Shown: positions 1 through 15,100, counted from the first letter of the whole stretch. The stretch: 63,585 nucleotides of DNA, filler included, from Nemertoderma westbladi (GCA_032718475.1; 3 parts of 3 records of this genome joined end to end with filler, not necessarily neighbours in it); one strand, 5' to 3'. The notes: a model not told the origin generated them from the sequence alone. Numbers and translations: made by a program.

Positions 1-128
1 CAATGTGCGCCACAATGTGCGCCACAATGTGCGCCACTTTCTGAACATCCCCGCGATGAATATCGGAAAGATACGAAACTGCAATATGATACAACAGGTA
101 AATTGCGACATACACGATGAATACGTAC

Positions 129-3100
129 CATAGTGTCGGTTTAATGGTGAAGTGCAGGTAGTTATGTCAATATCAGTAAATTGATCTAGAGTTGAGATAT
201 CCTCTAATTCCTACAAAAAAAATTATATAATTTAATTATGTGTTATTTGTACGTTAGATTTACTTGTTATCAAACAATAACAACATCGTTCTTGTGAGGA
301 GATTTACTTGGCAACTAACCTTAGCAATACAATTCCTCGTTAGATTTACTTGGTAACCAACCTTAACGACACAATGCTCGTTAGATTTACTTGGTAACTA
401 ACCTTCACAACATCGTGCTTGTGTGATTTACTTGTCTTCATATGTGGCCTCCACACATTATATTCCTCACTAAATCTTTTAGCTTCCTGTAAATTCCAAT
501 ATTCTTCTGTGTCTGTCTGAGTTTTCTTTCCAGCTACTCCTGGAATGCCTAATATTATTCAATATTATGAAATTGAAATTAATCAGAAATTCTTTAAAAG
601 TTTCCCATTTTATTAAGAAAAAATATAAATAAATTTGTTTTCTATATGATTATATGCATACATTGTCTTAAACTTGTTATTATACTTTTAAGTAACGAAT
701 ACTAATAAATATAAAGTAAAACTGTATATATTATAATCAGATAAATAAATATTATTAATAAAATATTATTAATTAAATATAACATTAATAGTACAACTTA
801 ATCATTATAATAATTAATATTATTTATATATAACAAATATACATATACATACAAGGCCAAAAATTAACTTCTGTTGATTTTAAACTATTGTGGGTCTATT
901 TAATATTAATAATGCAGACTAACTTTCCAACGTTTGAATAGCTTGTGTGACCATGTAACATTGGTATTCCTGCTGACAGGCGTAGGTTGTGCATGGGTAC
1001 CGGTTGCATCCGATGTCGTTGTTAGCTTCATCACGATTACCGGAATATTCACTCGAATGAATTGTTCTCCCCTTCTCATCTCGTGGGAGTTTTAGTCGGC
1101 GGCTTAGGATCGGTAAGTATAAAACTCCGGGTTGGCCGACGGTTTGATCCACGTCGTAAACTCGTAAATGTTCCCTAGTATCCACTGCGGATTCGTTGTT
1201 GCCTTCTGTTAGGGTTGCTTTAGTAGATTTATTTAATGGGGCGGATTTGGGGACATTATAAGTGGGGCGGGTCACCAATAGTGGTTGTCGCTGAAGGCCG
1301 ATATTTTGGTGCGGACATCGAGCACGATTCAGCATCGGAGGTTGTTGGCTGAATCCCATTGGAGGACCCAAAAGAGGATTTACAGGCTGCCGAGGTTGAT
1401 TAAATCCTTGTTGATTATATGCCGGTTGTGTATAATGAATTGGAGGAGGCGGAGGTAAACAACTTACTGATTGGTCTGGGTAATACTGTTGTTGTCCCCA
1501 TTTACTACGATCAGTTCCTAAACCACCTGAATGGGCTTCTAATGTTGTACCAACTGAATGTAGTCGTTGTCCCGGAATTTCATTGACTGGCTCCACTGCA
1601 AATGATACTTCATGTTTTGCGCACGATTTTGTGTACCTAGTTATTGATAATTGGATAATTATTTATAATAAATAAATAAATAATCATATTTTCAGTACAA
1701 GTAGTAAATTATTTAATTTGTACCGCATTTCCTGACCAAAAAGTTAAATTTTTGAAACCTATTCTTTCTGATGCAGAATTTCATGCTAATTCCATATATT
1801 GCTTAGATTTCGAGATATCTAGGGTAGATATTCACTATATGCAAATATTTTAATTTTAATAGATAATGTATTTTTTATGATTATCGGCCGCACTATTCAG
1901 TTTATAAGACAACTTCAAGTCTCCGGAACAATGATGGGACTCGATTAAGCGACTCTGCGGTCTTTGTGGGATTACACGGAATAGACTTAGGTTCATTTTA
2001 GGCTCATTCGAAAGATCCTTTCTCAGAGAACAAAGTTACCTTTTGAGTTAATAAATACTGAGTAAACACCATTTTCGGAAAACTCTTCGATTTATCACTC
2101 TCAGTGTTTCAAAATTGTCTGGTTTTTCCTAAAATTTGGGATATAGGTACCTACGATGCTATTCTACATGACAGGTTAGAAAAACTATATTTTTCGCCAT
2201 TTAAAGTTAGTTAATTCTAGTTAACAATAAAAAAACTTAGTTGCGCTTAAAACCCTAAGGATTTTACAGTTTTAAATCTAATCACATGAAAGGTTTTTTA
2301 TATGATAGATCAAAGATGGGGCAACATAACTATCAGGCGAAATGTTATGAAAATATTTCTGCACCGCTAGGTGGCGCTGCAAATTTATGCTTTTTTTTAG
2401 GTTTGTTATAAATAAAATTTTATTGACAAAAAATTTCAAAAAGTTGTCTGATACTTTTATGCTGGGTGGCTATGTAGACACGCACAGAAATTGTACACTA
2501 ATTGCTCGAAAATTGTAGAAGTAGTAGGGTTTTGAAGTTGACAATTTCATAAAAAAAATATTTGGAGATAATCGACCTTTCATTACATAGTAATAGTAAT
2601 TCCAATCGGTCCCCCGAAATAGAAGCTGTTATAACTTGAAAACTAAAAGAGCTTTTAAATAGCGGTTTTTAGATTTGGAAACAACATTTAATCAAAACAT
2701 ACATTATAATTGATCATAAAAATAATTTCTACATATTTTGGACCAAAATGGTGTACTCCACCCCCCCCCCCCTCCCCCCCCCCCCCCTTTAAGATATATT
2801 TATAAGATATAGATATACTCATATAAGATAATAAGATAAGATATACTTGACATATTGGTTCTCTGAGAAAAGAGCTTTCGAATGAGCCTAAAATTAACGT
2901 GGGTATGGAGAAACAAAGAGGACGTCTGGTGACGTTCCTTCTTAACATGTATATTTATTTACTATTTGTTTACTTCCTAACAGTTATACTAACTGGGTAG
3001 GTAATTCCTTTCTGGATTTAGTTATATAAGCGATAGTCGGTGCCTGACGTCCGTATCCGGAAAGGCCCCGGGGTTTATTCCTACCGTTCGTTATCTTTTC

Positions 3101-6100
3101 TTCCCTCCAGAACTCTGTTTCTCGTCGCGCCTGTAATATTAAGATTAATAATACGGGAAAACAGAGATATAATTGGCGATGGACATGTCTCTCAACCAAT
3201 TATTAAACTAAAATTATTAACTATCTAAACCCCAATCGGTCGCACACAGTACCCATTCATTTGTCTCAATAAAGAAATCATTATAAAATTGCCTTTTACA
3301 ATAAATCAATTGCATCAACCCAACTCGTTGTGGGGCCTTCGTTGCAGGACATTGCTTTTGCCGTGAGAACCAGCCAGTGCATACTCTTGCGCTTTGGCAG
3401 CCTCATGGAGTGATTAAGCATGGTGGACAGCCAATTGACTTTCTTGAGACGCATCTTAAAGGACACTGGCATTGAAGATGCGGATGATCTAGCAAATGTC
3501 ATGGGTGATAGGGAGTTGTGGCGGCGCAATTTTGTCGACAAGCGGCTCAGCATTCTTCAAAATGCAGTTGCTTGCAGCATGCCGATCCTAGTAGTAGTAG
3601 TAGTAGTAGTAGTTGTGGGGCCTTCGCGCAGCACGAGAGCCTATATATGAAAGTGGACTAATCTCAATTAGATATAAGAAAACCGTCTTTCCCAAAATAT
3701 CAATGAGTGATGCTTTCAGTTTGCGTTAAACTAGTTGTAAAATACAGAGGTCCATTTGTCCTGACACGCTTTAAAACTGTCATTTGTCAAAAGTTGCTCA
3801 AAAATTCGCCCATGTGAAGAATACCAGGATTTCGGTCGACTTTTTATTGGAATTTTATATATGAAGATTTTTTATTTTTTTTAATTTATCTTTATTAAGT
3901 GTTTTATAGCGCTTTTTTCTGTCTTATAACCTGTACATATACTAATGTAATGTACTGTAACCTGTGGTTTTGGTGAAAACCTGGTATTCTTCACATGGGG
4001 GTAACTGCAAAGTGAAATATAACGGCAGAAATGGTATTCTTCACATGGGCCCAAAAATTTGCTCCAAAAAGTAGTCCAAAAAGTATAAAAATAACTTCGT
4101 AATATTTCGGACCAAAATGGTGTACTTCCCCCCCACACCCCGACCTTAGGTATTATAACTAATTTAAATATACGGATCTACGGAATGACCGATCTACAGA
4201 CACACTGATTGAGATAATGGTACCCGTATGCGACAGATCTACAGACACACTGATTGAGATAATGATACCCGTATGCGACAGATCTACAGACACACTGATT
4301 GGGATAATGGTACCCGTATGCAACAGATCTACAGACACACTGATTGAGATAATGGTACCCGTATGCGACAGATCTACAGACACACTGATTGAGATAATGG
4401 TACCCGTATGCGACAGATCTACAGACACACTGATTGAGGTAATGGTACCCGTATGCGACAGATCTACAGACACACTGATTGAGATAATGGTACCCGTATG
4501 CGACAGATCTACAGACACACTGATTGAGATAATGGTACCCGTATGCGACAGATCTACAGACACACTGATTGAGATAATGGTACCCGTATGCGACAGATCT
4601 ACAGACACACTGATTGAGATAATGGTACCCGTATGCGACAGATCTACATACACACTGATTGAGGTAATGGTACCCGTATGCGACCGATCTACAGACACAC
4701 TGATTGAGATAATGGTACCCGTATGCGACAGATCTACAGACACACTGATTGAGGTAATGGTACCTGTATGCGACGATCTACAGACACACTGATTGAGGTA
4801 ATGGTACCCGTATGCGACGATCTACAGACACACTGATTGAGATAATGGTACCCGTATGCGACAGATCTACAGACACACTGATTGAGATAATGGTACCCGT
4901 ATGTGACCGATCTACAGACACACTGATTGAGATAATGGTACCCGTATGCGACCGATCTACAGACACACTGATTGAGATAATGGTACCCGTATACGACAGA
5001 TCTACAGACACACTGATTGAGATAATGGTACCCGTATACGACAGATCTACAGACACACTGCTTGAGATAATGGTACCCGTATGCGACAGATCTACAGACA
5101 CACTGATTTGGATAATGGTACCCGTATGTGACCGATCTACAGACACACTGATTGAGATAATGGTACCCGTATGTGACCGATCTACAGACACACTGATTGA
5201 GATAATGGTACCCGTATGCGACAGACCTACAGACAAACTGATTGAGATAATGGTACCCGTATGCGACCGATCTACAGACACACTGATTGAGATAATGGTA
5301 CCCGTATGCGACAGATCTACAGACACACTGATTGGGATAATGGTACCCGTATGTGACCGATCTACAGACACACTGATTGAGATAATGGTACCCGTATGCG
5401 ACAGATCTACAGACACACTGATTGGGATAATGGTACCCGTATGTGACCGATCTACAGACACACTGATTGAGATAATGGTACCCGTATGTGACCGATCTAC
5501 AGACACACTGATTGAGATAATGGTACCCGTATGTGGCCGATCTACAGACACACTGATTGAGATAATGGTACCCGTACGCGACAGATCTACAGACACACTG
5601 ATTGAGATAATGGTACCCGTATGCGACAGATCTACAGACACACTGATTGGGATAATGGTACCCGTATGTGACCGATCTACAGACACACTGATTGAGGTAA
5701 TGGTACCCGTATGCGACCGATCTACAGACACACTGATTGAGATAATGGTACCCGTATGTGACCGATCTACAGACACACTGATTGAGATAATGGTACCCGT
5801 ATGTGACCGATCTACAGACACACTGATTGAGATAATGGTACCCGTATGTGACCGATCTACAGACACACTGATTGAGATAATGGTACCCGTATGCGACAGA
5901 TCTACAGACACACTGATTGGGATAATGGTACCCGTATGTGACCGATCTACAGACACACTGATTGAGGTAATGGTACCCGTATGCGACCGATCTACAGACA
6001 CACTGATTGAGATAATGGTACCCGTATGTGACCGATCTACAGACACGCTGATTGAGATAATGGTACCCGTATGCGACAGATCTACAGACACACTGATTGA

Positions 6101-9100
6101 GATAATGGTACCCGTATGCGACAGATCTACAGACACACTGATTGAGATAATGGTACCCGTATGTGACCGATCTACAGACACACTGATTGAGATAATGGTA
6201 CCCGTATGCGACAGATCTACAGACACACTGATTGAGATAATGGTACCCGTATGCGACAGATCTACAGACACACTGATTGAGATAATGGTACCCGAATGCG
6301 ACCGATCTACAGACACACTGATTGAGATAATGGTACCCGTATGTGACCGATCTACAGACACACTGATTGAGATAATGGTACCCGTATGTGACCGATCTAC
6401 AGACACACTGATTGAGATAATGGTACCCGTATGTGACCGATCTACAGACACACTGATTGAGATAATGGTACCCGTATGCGACAGATCTACAGACACACTG
6501 ATTGAGATAATGGTACCCGTATGCGACAGATCTACAGACACACTGATTGAGATAATGGTACCCGTATGCGACAGATCTACAGACACACTGATTGAGATAA
6601 TGGTACCCTTATGATGTTCTGCTTATTTCTTGGCTCACCCCAGAATTCCAACTGTCTAACCACCTTGCGTTGTTTTGATCGTTTCATCATATCAGTATCT
6701 CAGTGTATACTACATACGGTCTCAATCAGCATTCAGACTAACCATTGTATTCAATGCAGTTCTCCTGGGAGAAGCATCGCCGGCATCATCACTAATCCCC
6801 CAATCGAACCTACAACGTTAACAAAAGTATAATAATGGAATAATATCCCGAAAACTATGTAGGACATGTTACGGGAGCGATCCCTGAGGCACTCCGCAAT
6901 CCAGAAAATCAATATGTCACCTTAAACAGTTATTTGCCAAAAATGGATACAATTACTGTAACACCCCGGCTTGTAAGCTACAAAGGTGAAGCTTATAAGC
7001 AGGGAGTCTTGCCATTAGAACCAAATTGGAAGGCACAGCACATGACCGCGCAATCTATTACATATTAGTGTAGAGCTATTATTGTGTTTAGTATATATTT
7101 ATTGGTACAGTGCATTGTAATTACATGCCTACTAGGTGACGACATCCTAATATTATGCTGTAACCAATAGATAGAGAGAGAGAATAATTAAAATAAACAA
7201 CCGATTAATCTAATGGCACCAGCCAATAGCAAAGCAGCTGCCCTGGCACCGATTGGTCAGGACAGAACCTTAGCCTTCTCTCTCGATCTAACTGTAGGTA
7301 ATATAGCAGTGTAAGCATAATTTACACTTCAGTGTTCAGGTATTTAGTTTTAGTTCACTCCGTCCGCTACAGTCCGCTTTAGTTTTTACGGTTGTTGTAT
7401 TACTTACAGTGTTTCATCAGTGACCCAGAGTTCTTTGTGCAATCTCACCGGTGTAACAGATAATTTTCACTCCCCATACAAAATCACCCCCCGGTTAAAA
7501 TTCACTATGTATTCTCACTCCCGGGGTGTATTTTACCTAGAGTATTTTAACCCCCTCCAGTGAAAACTCACCCCTGCATTTATCAATTTTCACTCTGTGC
7601 AATGCAAATCCATATCCGGTTAAAATTTCCTAGTGTATTCTCACTCCCGGTGTATTTTTTTTGTATCTTCTACAGTACTTTACTACTTTACTATATAAAT
7701 ATCCAGCGTGTGTTTGTCTGTGTAATAGAGGTCTGTGGTCTTAACTGTAGGCTTATATCGAATTTAAATTAATATTCAACTTTAAAATAACATGTGGGTA
7801 AGAATACACTGAGGGGGGTTAAATTTCACTAAAAAATCACCAAGAGTAGTTTCACCCCCTGTTAAAATACACTAGTGAATTCTAACCGGGGGGGGGGGGG
7901 GGGGGGGGGGGGTGAATTTTTATGGGGGTGGAAATTCTCTGCTACACCGGACTCAGACCTTGTGCTATTACTGGTAACTGTTTACTACCTTTGTTATATT
8001 CTATTTTACATGGATGCACAGACAAGAAGCTAGTTTTCCAAAACGTCCAGATCCGAAACACCCGTCCCCTACAGCACCAGTAAATATAGTCCTCTACTTC
8101 AGTAGAACTGTACCACCCCGCTCAGTGCCTGGTCGCCTCAACGCTAAGACATAGCCGGCTACCATGACAGGACATATCAAATATAATGATGGATGGCACA
8201 ATTGAATTGTGACGGGATCAAGGATCCCGACCGGATAGATTGACTACGCGTCGCCGTTGTCTTTAGGGGTGCTGGCAGTTTGGCCAAGGCCGTTGCGGAA
8301 AAATATGGGAGTTCGATGTTATCTCCTGGTGTTGTATAATAATATATGTAATAGCACAATGACTGAATAACCGGTATACTGGTAGAACAGTATGTGTCTG
8401 AATGTTAATGACGTTTGGTGACGGTGAGAAAAATGCCACCGGTCTGCAATTAAGCTGATGACTGAGTAACTGAACCGGTATGGTAATGCATTGACAATAT
8501 ATATAATCACTCCTACTCTGCTGTGGCCTTTTGTCCAGTGGATGCCCTCCTTCGCCCCTATTGGCCAATAACCTACTTCACGCCTCTCACTCTCTCTGGG
8601 AGTGTTTCCCCCCCGTTGGCCCCTGCTGGTTGTTTCCCCTTCCGAGGTGATTTGACCTCTAACCTCCCTTTGTTTGGCTTTGGGGTTTGTGTTGTCCCCG
8701 GTGTTGGTTGTGATACTAGATTAGTTATTGCTAATCTCGTATCTCCAATATATTGCTCAAAAGGTGCCACTTACCATTTTGTGAGGGTAATGTGGCGGAA
8801 TTGAATCCGCTCACACTCCCCCCCATGCTATCTTCCCGGTGAGAAGATAGCATCACCTACAAGTGCGCTTCAATTCCGCTGGAACCCGATCTACTATCGG
8901 GTGTGGGGTGGAGTTCTTTTCTTGGAGTCGGCTTTCCAGGCCGCTCCCTCTGGGTATAATATTACTACCCCTTCTTGGTGCAACAGCAACCTATGTTGCA
9001 CCAAGACATCTGACGTCTCCGTTTGAGACAATTGTGGAATCCTCACACAATTTTAAAAACCCTCTCACTCTGAACTGTAACTTCTCACTCTAACTCCACT

Positions 9101-12100
9101 CTAACTCCACTCTGCTCGCCCCCCACATTCGAATTGCACTCCTCTCACTCTCTCTCATCCTGTCAACACCTCCTCTCCATACTTCTCTGTGCTCCTCTCA
9201 TACTCCCAAAGTGTCAATTTCTTATGCTACCTCTCTCTGTGCTATCATTGTACCTACCTTGCTACTTACTTCTTACTTACTACTTACTATGTAACTCTCT
9301 TGCTACTTACTTCTTACTTACTACTTATTGACTCTACTACTAACTCTCTAACCCTACTAACGGTACTATGTACCCTCTTACTCTCTTTCTACGTGGCCCT
9401 TTCGGTGCCCACAACCCCTCTACTCTCTTTCTATGTGGCGCTTTCGGTGCCCACAACCTCTCTACTACTACTTTCTACGTGGCGCTTCCGGTGCCCACAA
9501 CCCCTCTGCTACTACTCGTGGTATGTCAATATACCATACTCCCTTACTGCCTACTTCTAACGCTAACGGTACTACGTACCCCTCTACTCCCGTGGTATAT
9601 TTATATACCACACTCCCTATTCTGCCTACTTCTTACTCTCCTCTTACTTTCTCTTACTAACTTCTATCAACTTTCTAACTACTTACTAACTTTCTAACTT
9701 TCTACATACTATCTAACTTCTACTAGCTATTACTTTCTACTTACTATCTAACTTTTACTAACTACTACTTCTTACTAACTTCTACTTATTTTATTATTTT
9801 ATTTTATTTATATTTCTTATTTGTGTGGGAAGGGCGTCTCGCCCTCTTTCCCACCCCCTTCAGTCCAACACATTGGATGACTAAACTCTAAGGGATTCCT
9901 TGATCTTCCATCGATCCTTCCAGGAGGCACTTTCCCACTGCCCCCCTGTAGGTCCTCTTAATCTTCGTCCCACTCTCCTCGTCAATTCCAACTCACTAGG
10001 AATTGATTCTCCCTCTTCCGCCACTTTAAGATCGGGTCTTTCCGCCGCCTTCTTGACTTCCTCGTCCCCTGGCAGCAAAATGCCACCCCACCTTGTCGTC
10101 TCCCTGCGGCAGAATGGAAACAAACCGAAAGGACAGACAAAACAGAACGGACAATAGTAATCCTAGCCCTTTCCACCCTGTCTTCTTGTTTGACCTTCCC
10201 CTTCTCGGTATGCCTCTCAATCGGACGCGCGTCTCCTCCGGACACTCCTCCAGACACTCCTCTGAACACTCCTCCGGACATCTCGCCGTCCACTCTTCTC
10301 TGTCCCCATACCGATACTTGCCGGGAACATCCTTGTTCCATTCCATCGTCTCCAAGTCTTCCGCGTCGAATCCATTCTCCACCACCCACTCTCTTCCTAT
10401 GACTTCCCCTCCTAACTTATCTACCGACGGTATTCTTCTGGAACTATCCTCTATCCTTTCAACACGCTCCACTGTGCATGGTTCCAGATCTATAGCCAAC
10501 TCCTGGTATATTTTCTTGGGCCGCTTCTCACATGGGACTTCCCCATTGCCCGTCTCTGGTTTCTTCTCTACGTCCTCAATGGTGCCTGGTAGCATGCACC
10601 CTGATGTATCCGACACCCTGTGTGGAATCTTGGTTTTAATTGGGCCGCTAAGCGTCCATCCGAACGGCATGAGAATCGCCGCCGGATCCCGCTGTCTGTC
10701 TTCCCCGAAGATCGTCTGTACTCTTTCGTGGGCCGTCGGGCAGTCCATTCCCACTATGATGGATACCTTCCTGACGTCCACCTCCGGTATCGAGAAATCG
10801 ATATCGTCCAGGAACCGGTATTGCTCGACCTCGATCTTAGTTGGTCTCCTGGCATTTATATTGATCGATTCTATTATCTGTATGGGGTCGATGGTCGCCC
10901 CATAGTCACATCCCGGTGCTATTGCTGATATCTCGCACCGTCCCGTCCTCATCTCCAGGACCTCATCTTTACTCGAGATAGTAGTTACCGCCAACCTACT
11001 CGGCCTCGTCTGTAACCCTATCTCCTCGGCCACCCAATTCTCCACCAGCGTGAAGGCTGCTCCGCTGTCGACCAGCATCAATGTTGTGACTGATCGGCCG
11101 CCCCTTCCTGTTATCTTCACTGGTACTACCCCGAGTAGTACTTTCCTCTTCCTTCTTGCTCCTGTCGTGCTCGTAGCCATTGTTTGGCCTCCAGTCTCAT
11201 CGTCTCCTATTGCTGTTTCTCTACACTCTCCGGATCTGTGTCCTTCTACCACGCATCGATGACATAGTCCGTTTGCGTCCGCGTAGGCTACACGATCTTG
11301 TTTAGGCAACGCTTGCCAATGCTTACAACTCATGGTCTTATGGGTTCCATCCCTATGCAATTGACATTCGAATCCTGGATTGTAGCGTTCCCTGTATAGT
11401 CCTTCACGTATCGCGCATAGGTTTATATCTACCGATTTAGTGTTTTGGTTATTTGGACTCGGCCTACTGGGTGTGTTGGGATTATGTTTGTTCGTGATGT
11501 TATTTTCTTTCTGTCCCTGCCACGGTGTGGCCCTACTCCCAGCTAACTGTGGGCTTGTAGCCCCCTGTGTGGCCGCGTGTGGTAGCGACTGTCTCACTCT
11601 CGGGAATGGATCTGCAGGATTGTGTTCGGGTTTAGGCCTGTTGTATTCGGTCTTCGGCGCCTTCCCCAAACTATCCTCACTATAGACTGGGTCTGTAATC
11701 AACTCTGCTTCGTAGTTGAGGAAGTTCGACATTTCCTCTAAGCCCGGTTCCGCACCTTTCTTCTCCCGGGTGGAGAAGGCGATCTTCCTCCACTTGCTCC
11801 GTAGCCAGATCGGCAGTGCCTGCGCTATCGTGGTGATATTATTAGATGCGTTGAGTTCGTATGGCGCGTCTAGTGTTTTCAGCACGATTAATGCCTTCTC
11901 GACCTTGTTCGCAAAGGTCTTTATGCTAACAGGGTTATCCTGTAGGCCACCCGATGTTATTCCCCTTAAGGTCTGCCGGATGATCTTGGCTGGGTGTCCG
12001 TATTCCCTGTCTAGGGCCCGCCATGCAGTCGTGAAGCCACCCTCGATGCCCTGATACTGCCTCACGATGTCGTACGCTGGGCCTCCTGTATATACCTGTA

Positions 12101-15100
12101 AATATTTTAGGCACTCCGCCTGCGTCAGGTTCTTACTTAATATCTCGTTGCTGTACATGCGCCGGAATTGCAGGTATTCTTCCGGCCTGCTTCCGTCGAA
12201 TTTAAATGGCTCTACCGGTGGTAACTCGATTCTGGTCTTGAGCGCATCGATAAGTGTCGCCATTCCCATCGCCTGTGCTTCCAATGGGTTCGAGGGATGC
12301 TGTACAGATTCTCCTATTGGGTGCGGTCCGCCCGTCGGGCCTGTTGACTTTCTTTGCGTCGGATTTATCATTGGGGGTAACGGCCCCCTCCATATTTCCG
12401 TGTCGCACGACCTGTTCTCGTCCAGGGGGTTCGATGTTCTTATTCCTGTTTGAGTGTATTGTTGATATTGTAATGGGGGAATGTCACCCTGTCCCCCCCC
12501 CCCCCCCCCACTGGTATTATGTTTGGTACTGGGGTTGATGTTAATATATTGGGGCCCATATACCTATCTGCAATAACTCTCCGCTCCCCTGGATATATGT
12601 TATGTCCCTGCATATTATAGTCATGCTGCTGTGCTGGTACCGGTATAGGCCTATCCACTCCTTGCCTACCTACCGGTATATACTCCGTGACTTCCGGATC
12701 TAATCCCGTTGTTCGCGCTACCCTATCGCCTACACTATCTCTCCCAGCATGGCCTATAGTATGTGCAGTAAGGCCTACAGTATGTCCTGCAGTCTGCATG
12801 TGCCCTTCCAGACCGAAGTTTAACCTTCTCGAATAATCCAAGAAGTCCTCCCCACGACTACAGTACTCTCGAATAGCAGCTATATTCCGTCGGGAAGTTT
12901 CTCTTCGATCCCCTCTCCTGTTCTCTTCCTCGTATCGGTACGTTCTGTACCCTTCTCCTAGTGTGCGGTGCGTCTCTCCGGGGCGACGGCAATCTCCTGG
13001 AGATCGACCCCACTGACTCCCTAACTCCATCTCTACTACCGACGGCTCGCTATCCGTCCTTGCTCTCCGGTTGCTCGTAGCAATGATTCTTCTATTCTCT
13101 TCACTTCTTCTCTCTTCGACCTCCCGGTTAAACTCTACTATTCTTCTTCTCTCTTCCGACTGACGTCTTCTCGCTCGCCCACTCTCGGCGCTAACATCTC
13201 TCTCTCTGTCCGCCTGGACGCTCCTGGGGATACTCGCAAACCCCCTAGTGCCCCGGGTGCCGCGGTTCACCTAACCTGCCCCGCGCATTATCCGCCGACG
13301 CCTGTGGGACATTCTCTGCCCCCCCCCTCTCGCCACTAATCTCTCGTGGTGGGGCGCCCGTAGCCCCCCCCCCCCCCCACTCGCCACTTCTTACTTCACT
13401 ACCTCTTACTTCGCTTCTACGCCCCTCTTGTGGGGCATTCTCTGCCCCCCATTCTCGCCACTAATCTCCCGTGGTGGGGCGCCCGTAGCCCCCCCCCCCC
13501 CCACTCGCCACTTCTTACTTCACTACCTCTTACTTCGCTTCTACGCCCCTCTTGTGGGACATTCTCTGCCCCCCCCCCCTCTCGCCACTAATCTCTCGTG
13601 GTGGGGCGCCCGTAGCCCCCCCCCCCACCCGCCACTTCTTACTTCACTACCTCTTATTTCACTTCTACGTCCCTCTTGTGGGACATTCTCTGTCCACCCC
13701 TTCTTGCCACTAATCTTCCGTGGTGGGGCGTCCGTAGCCCCCCCCCCCCCACTCGCCACTTCTTACTTCACTACCTCTTACTTCGCTTCTACACCCCTCT
13801 CTAGTCAACGCACTGTCTCTACTGTGGCTGGGTCTACTCACCCCCGCCTCTCCCTGTGCAACTGCGTGGCCTGGCAGGCTCCCGTCGGGTTGACTCACCC
13901 CCGCTGCTCCCTGCCTAACTACGTGGCCTTGCAGGCTCCCGTCGGGGTCTCTCACCCCCGCTACTCCCTGCGTACTAACTACGTGGCCTTGCAGGCTCCC
14001 GTTGGCTGGAACACCTGTGTCTCCTATATTAGTATTAATAGCCCCGTTATCAATATTATTATTTTCTAAATTATTCAAATAATTTGAATTATTCTGCTCA
14101 GAGTTTAAATTAGAATTATTATTATTTTGCATATTTGAATTAGAATTATTATTTAGATTATTTTGAATATTTGAATTAGAATTATTATTTTGTATATTTA
14201 AATTAATATTATTATTTGGATTATTTATATTTAAATTAGAATTACCGGATAAAACATTATTTCCTGCAACGAAAGTTTGGTTAGGGTTGTCTACTACGGT
14301 ACTATTAATATTAATGCCTTCTAACGTATTATTATTACCCCCCCCCCCCCCCCCCCCGCCCGTACGGTTACACCAGTTCTGGTTCTGTCGTCCGGTGCCT
14401 GTAAATGGGATATTAACAAACGTTTCCATTACTTCTGGTTCCTCATAATACTACCCGAGCCAGCCTCACTCTCTGATAGTCCCAACTGTGCCAGTTCTAG
14501 TCGGCGCTTCTGTTTGGCCTGATATTGCATAAGCCCCTCAACCGGGCATGCATATCATCCCGCATGCGCTTTCCCGCTCTCTCTCTCTCTCTATCCTCTC
14601 GCAAACTCTGGTTTGCCAACTCTGTCTCTCTCACCACCCGCTCTCTACTATCGCCTCCCGCTCTCTATATTCATTCGTTTCTCTCTCCACCCTCGCTGCC
14701 TCTCTCACTTCTCGTTCTTTGCGCTTGTTCTCCACTCTCGTTTCTCGCTCTTTACGCTCGTTCTCTACTCTAGTCTCTCGCTCTTTACGTTCGTTCTCTA
14801 CTCTCGTCTCTCGCTCTTTACGTCTCTCGCTCTCTCTTCTTGCTCTCTACAATTTCTCGCCACTCTCTCGGTCCTCTCTCTACACTCCCTCACCAACTCT
14901 CTCTCTTTCTCTAATAGCGCAGTTCCCTCATCCAACTGCCTCTCTAATTCTTTCTGGTCTAGTTGACACGCCAGATCTATCTCTAACACCCTTCTTGCTT
15001 TCGCGGAGGATGTAGCGGACTTATCGGTCGCGACGGACTCCCGTCGCCTCTCTGTCCTACTAACTTTCCCCCGCTTTCTGGGGTTCTCGCTAACCGACGA

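Noticed and set aside
2761-2787. Long poly-C/poly-G runs as G-quadruplex elements (many across the window)
   Set aside because: Mostly within transposon termini and of unreliable length; no evidence of function.
4159-6614. 190-600 aa ORFs on both strands
   Set aside because: By-products of a 45-bp stop-free repeat; broken by 2-bp deletions, with no unique coding flanks.
6957-8169. Possible solo LTR (TGTAAC...TGACA) containing the 7449-7950 MITE
   Set aside because: No matching TSD and no second copy in the window.
10093-12538. Plus-strand ORFs overlapping gag
   Set aside because: Antisense shadows of a GC-rich coding region with no motifs.
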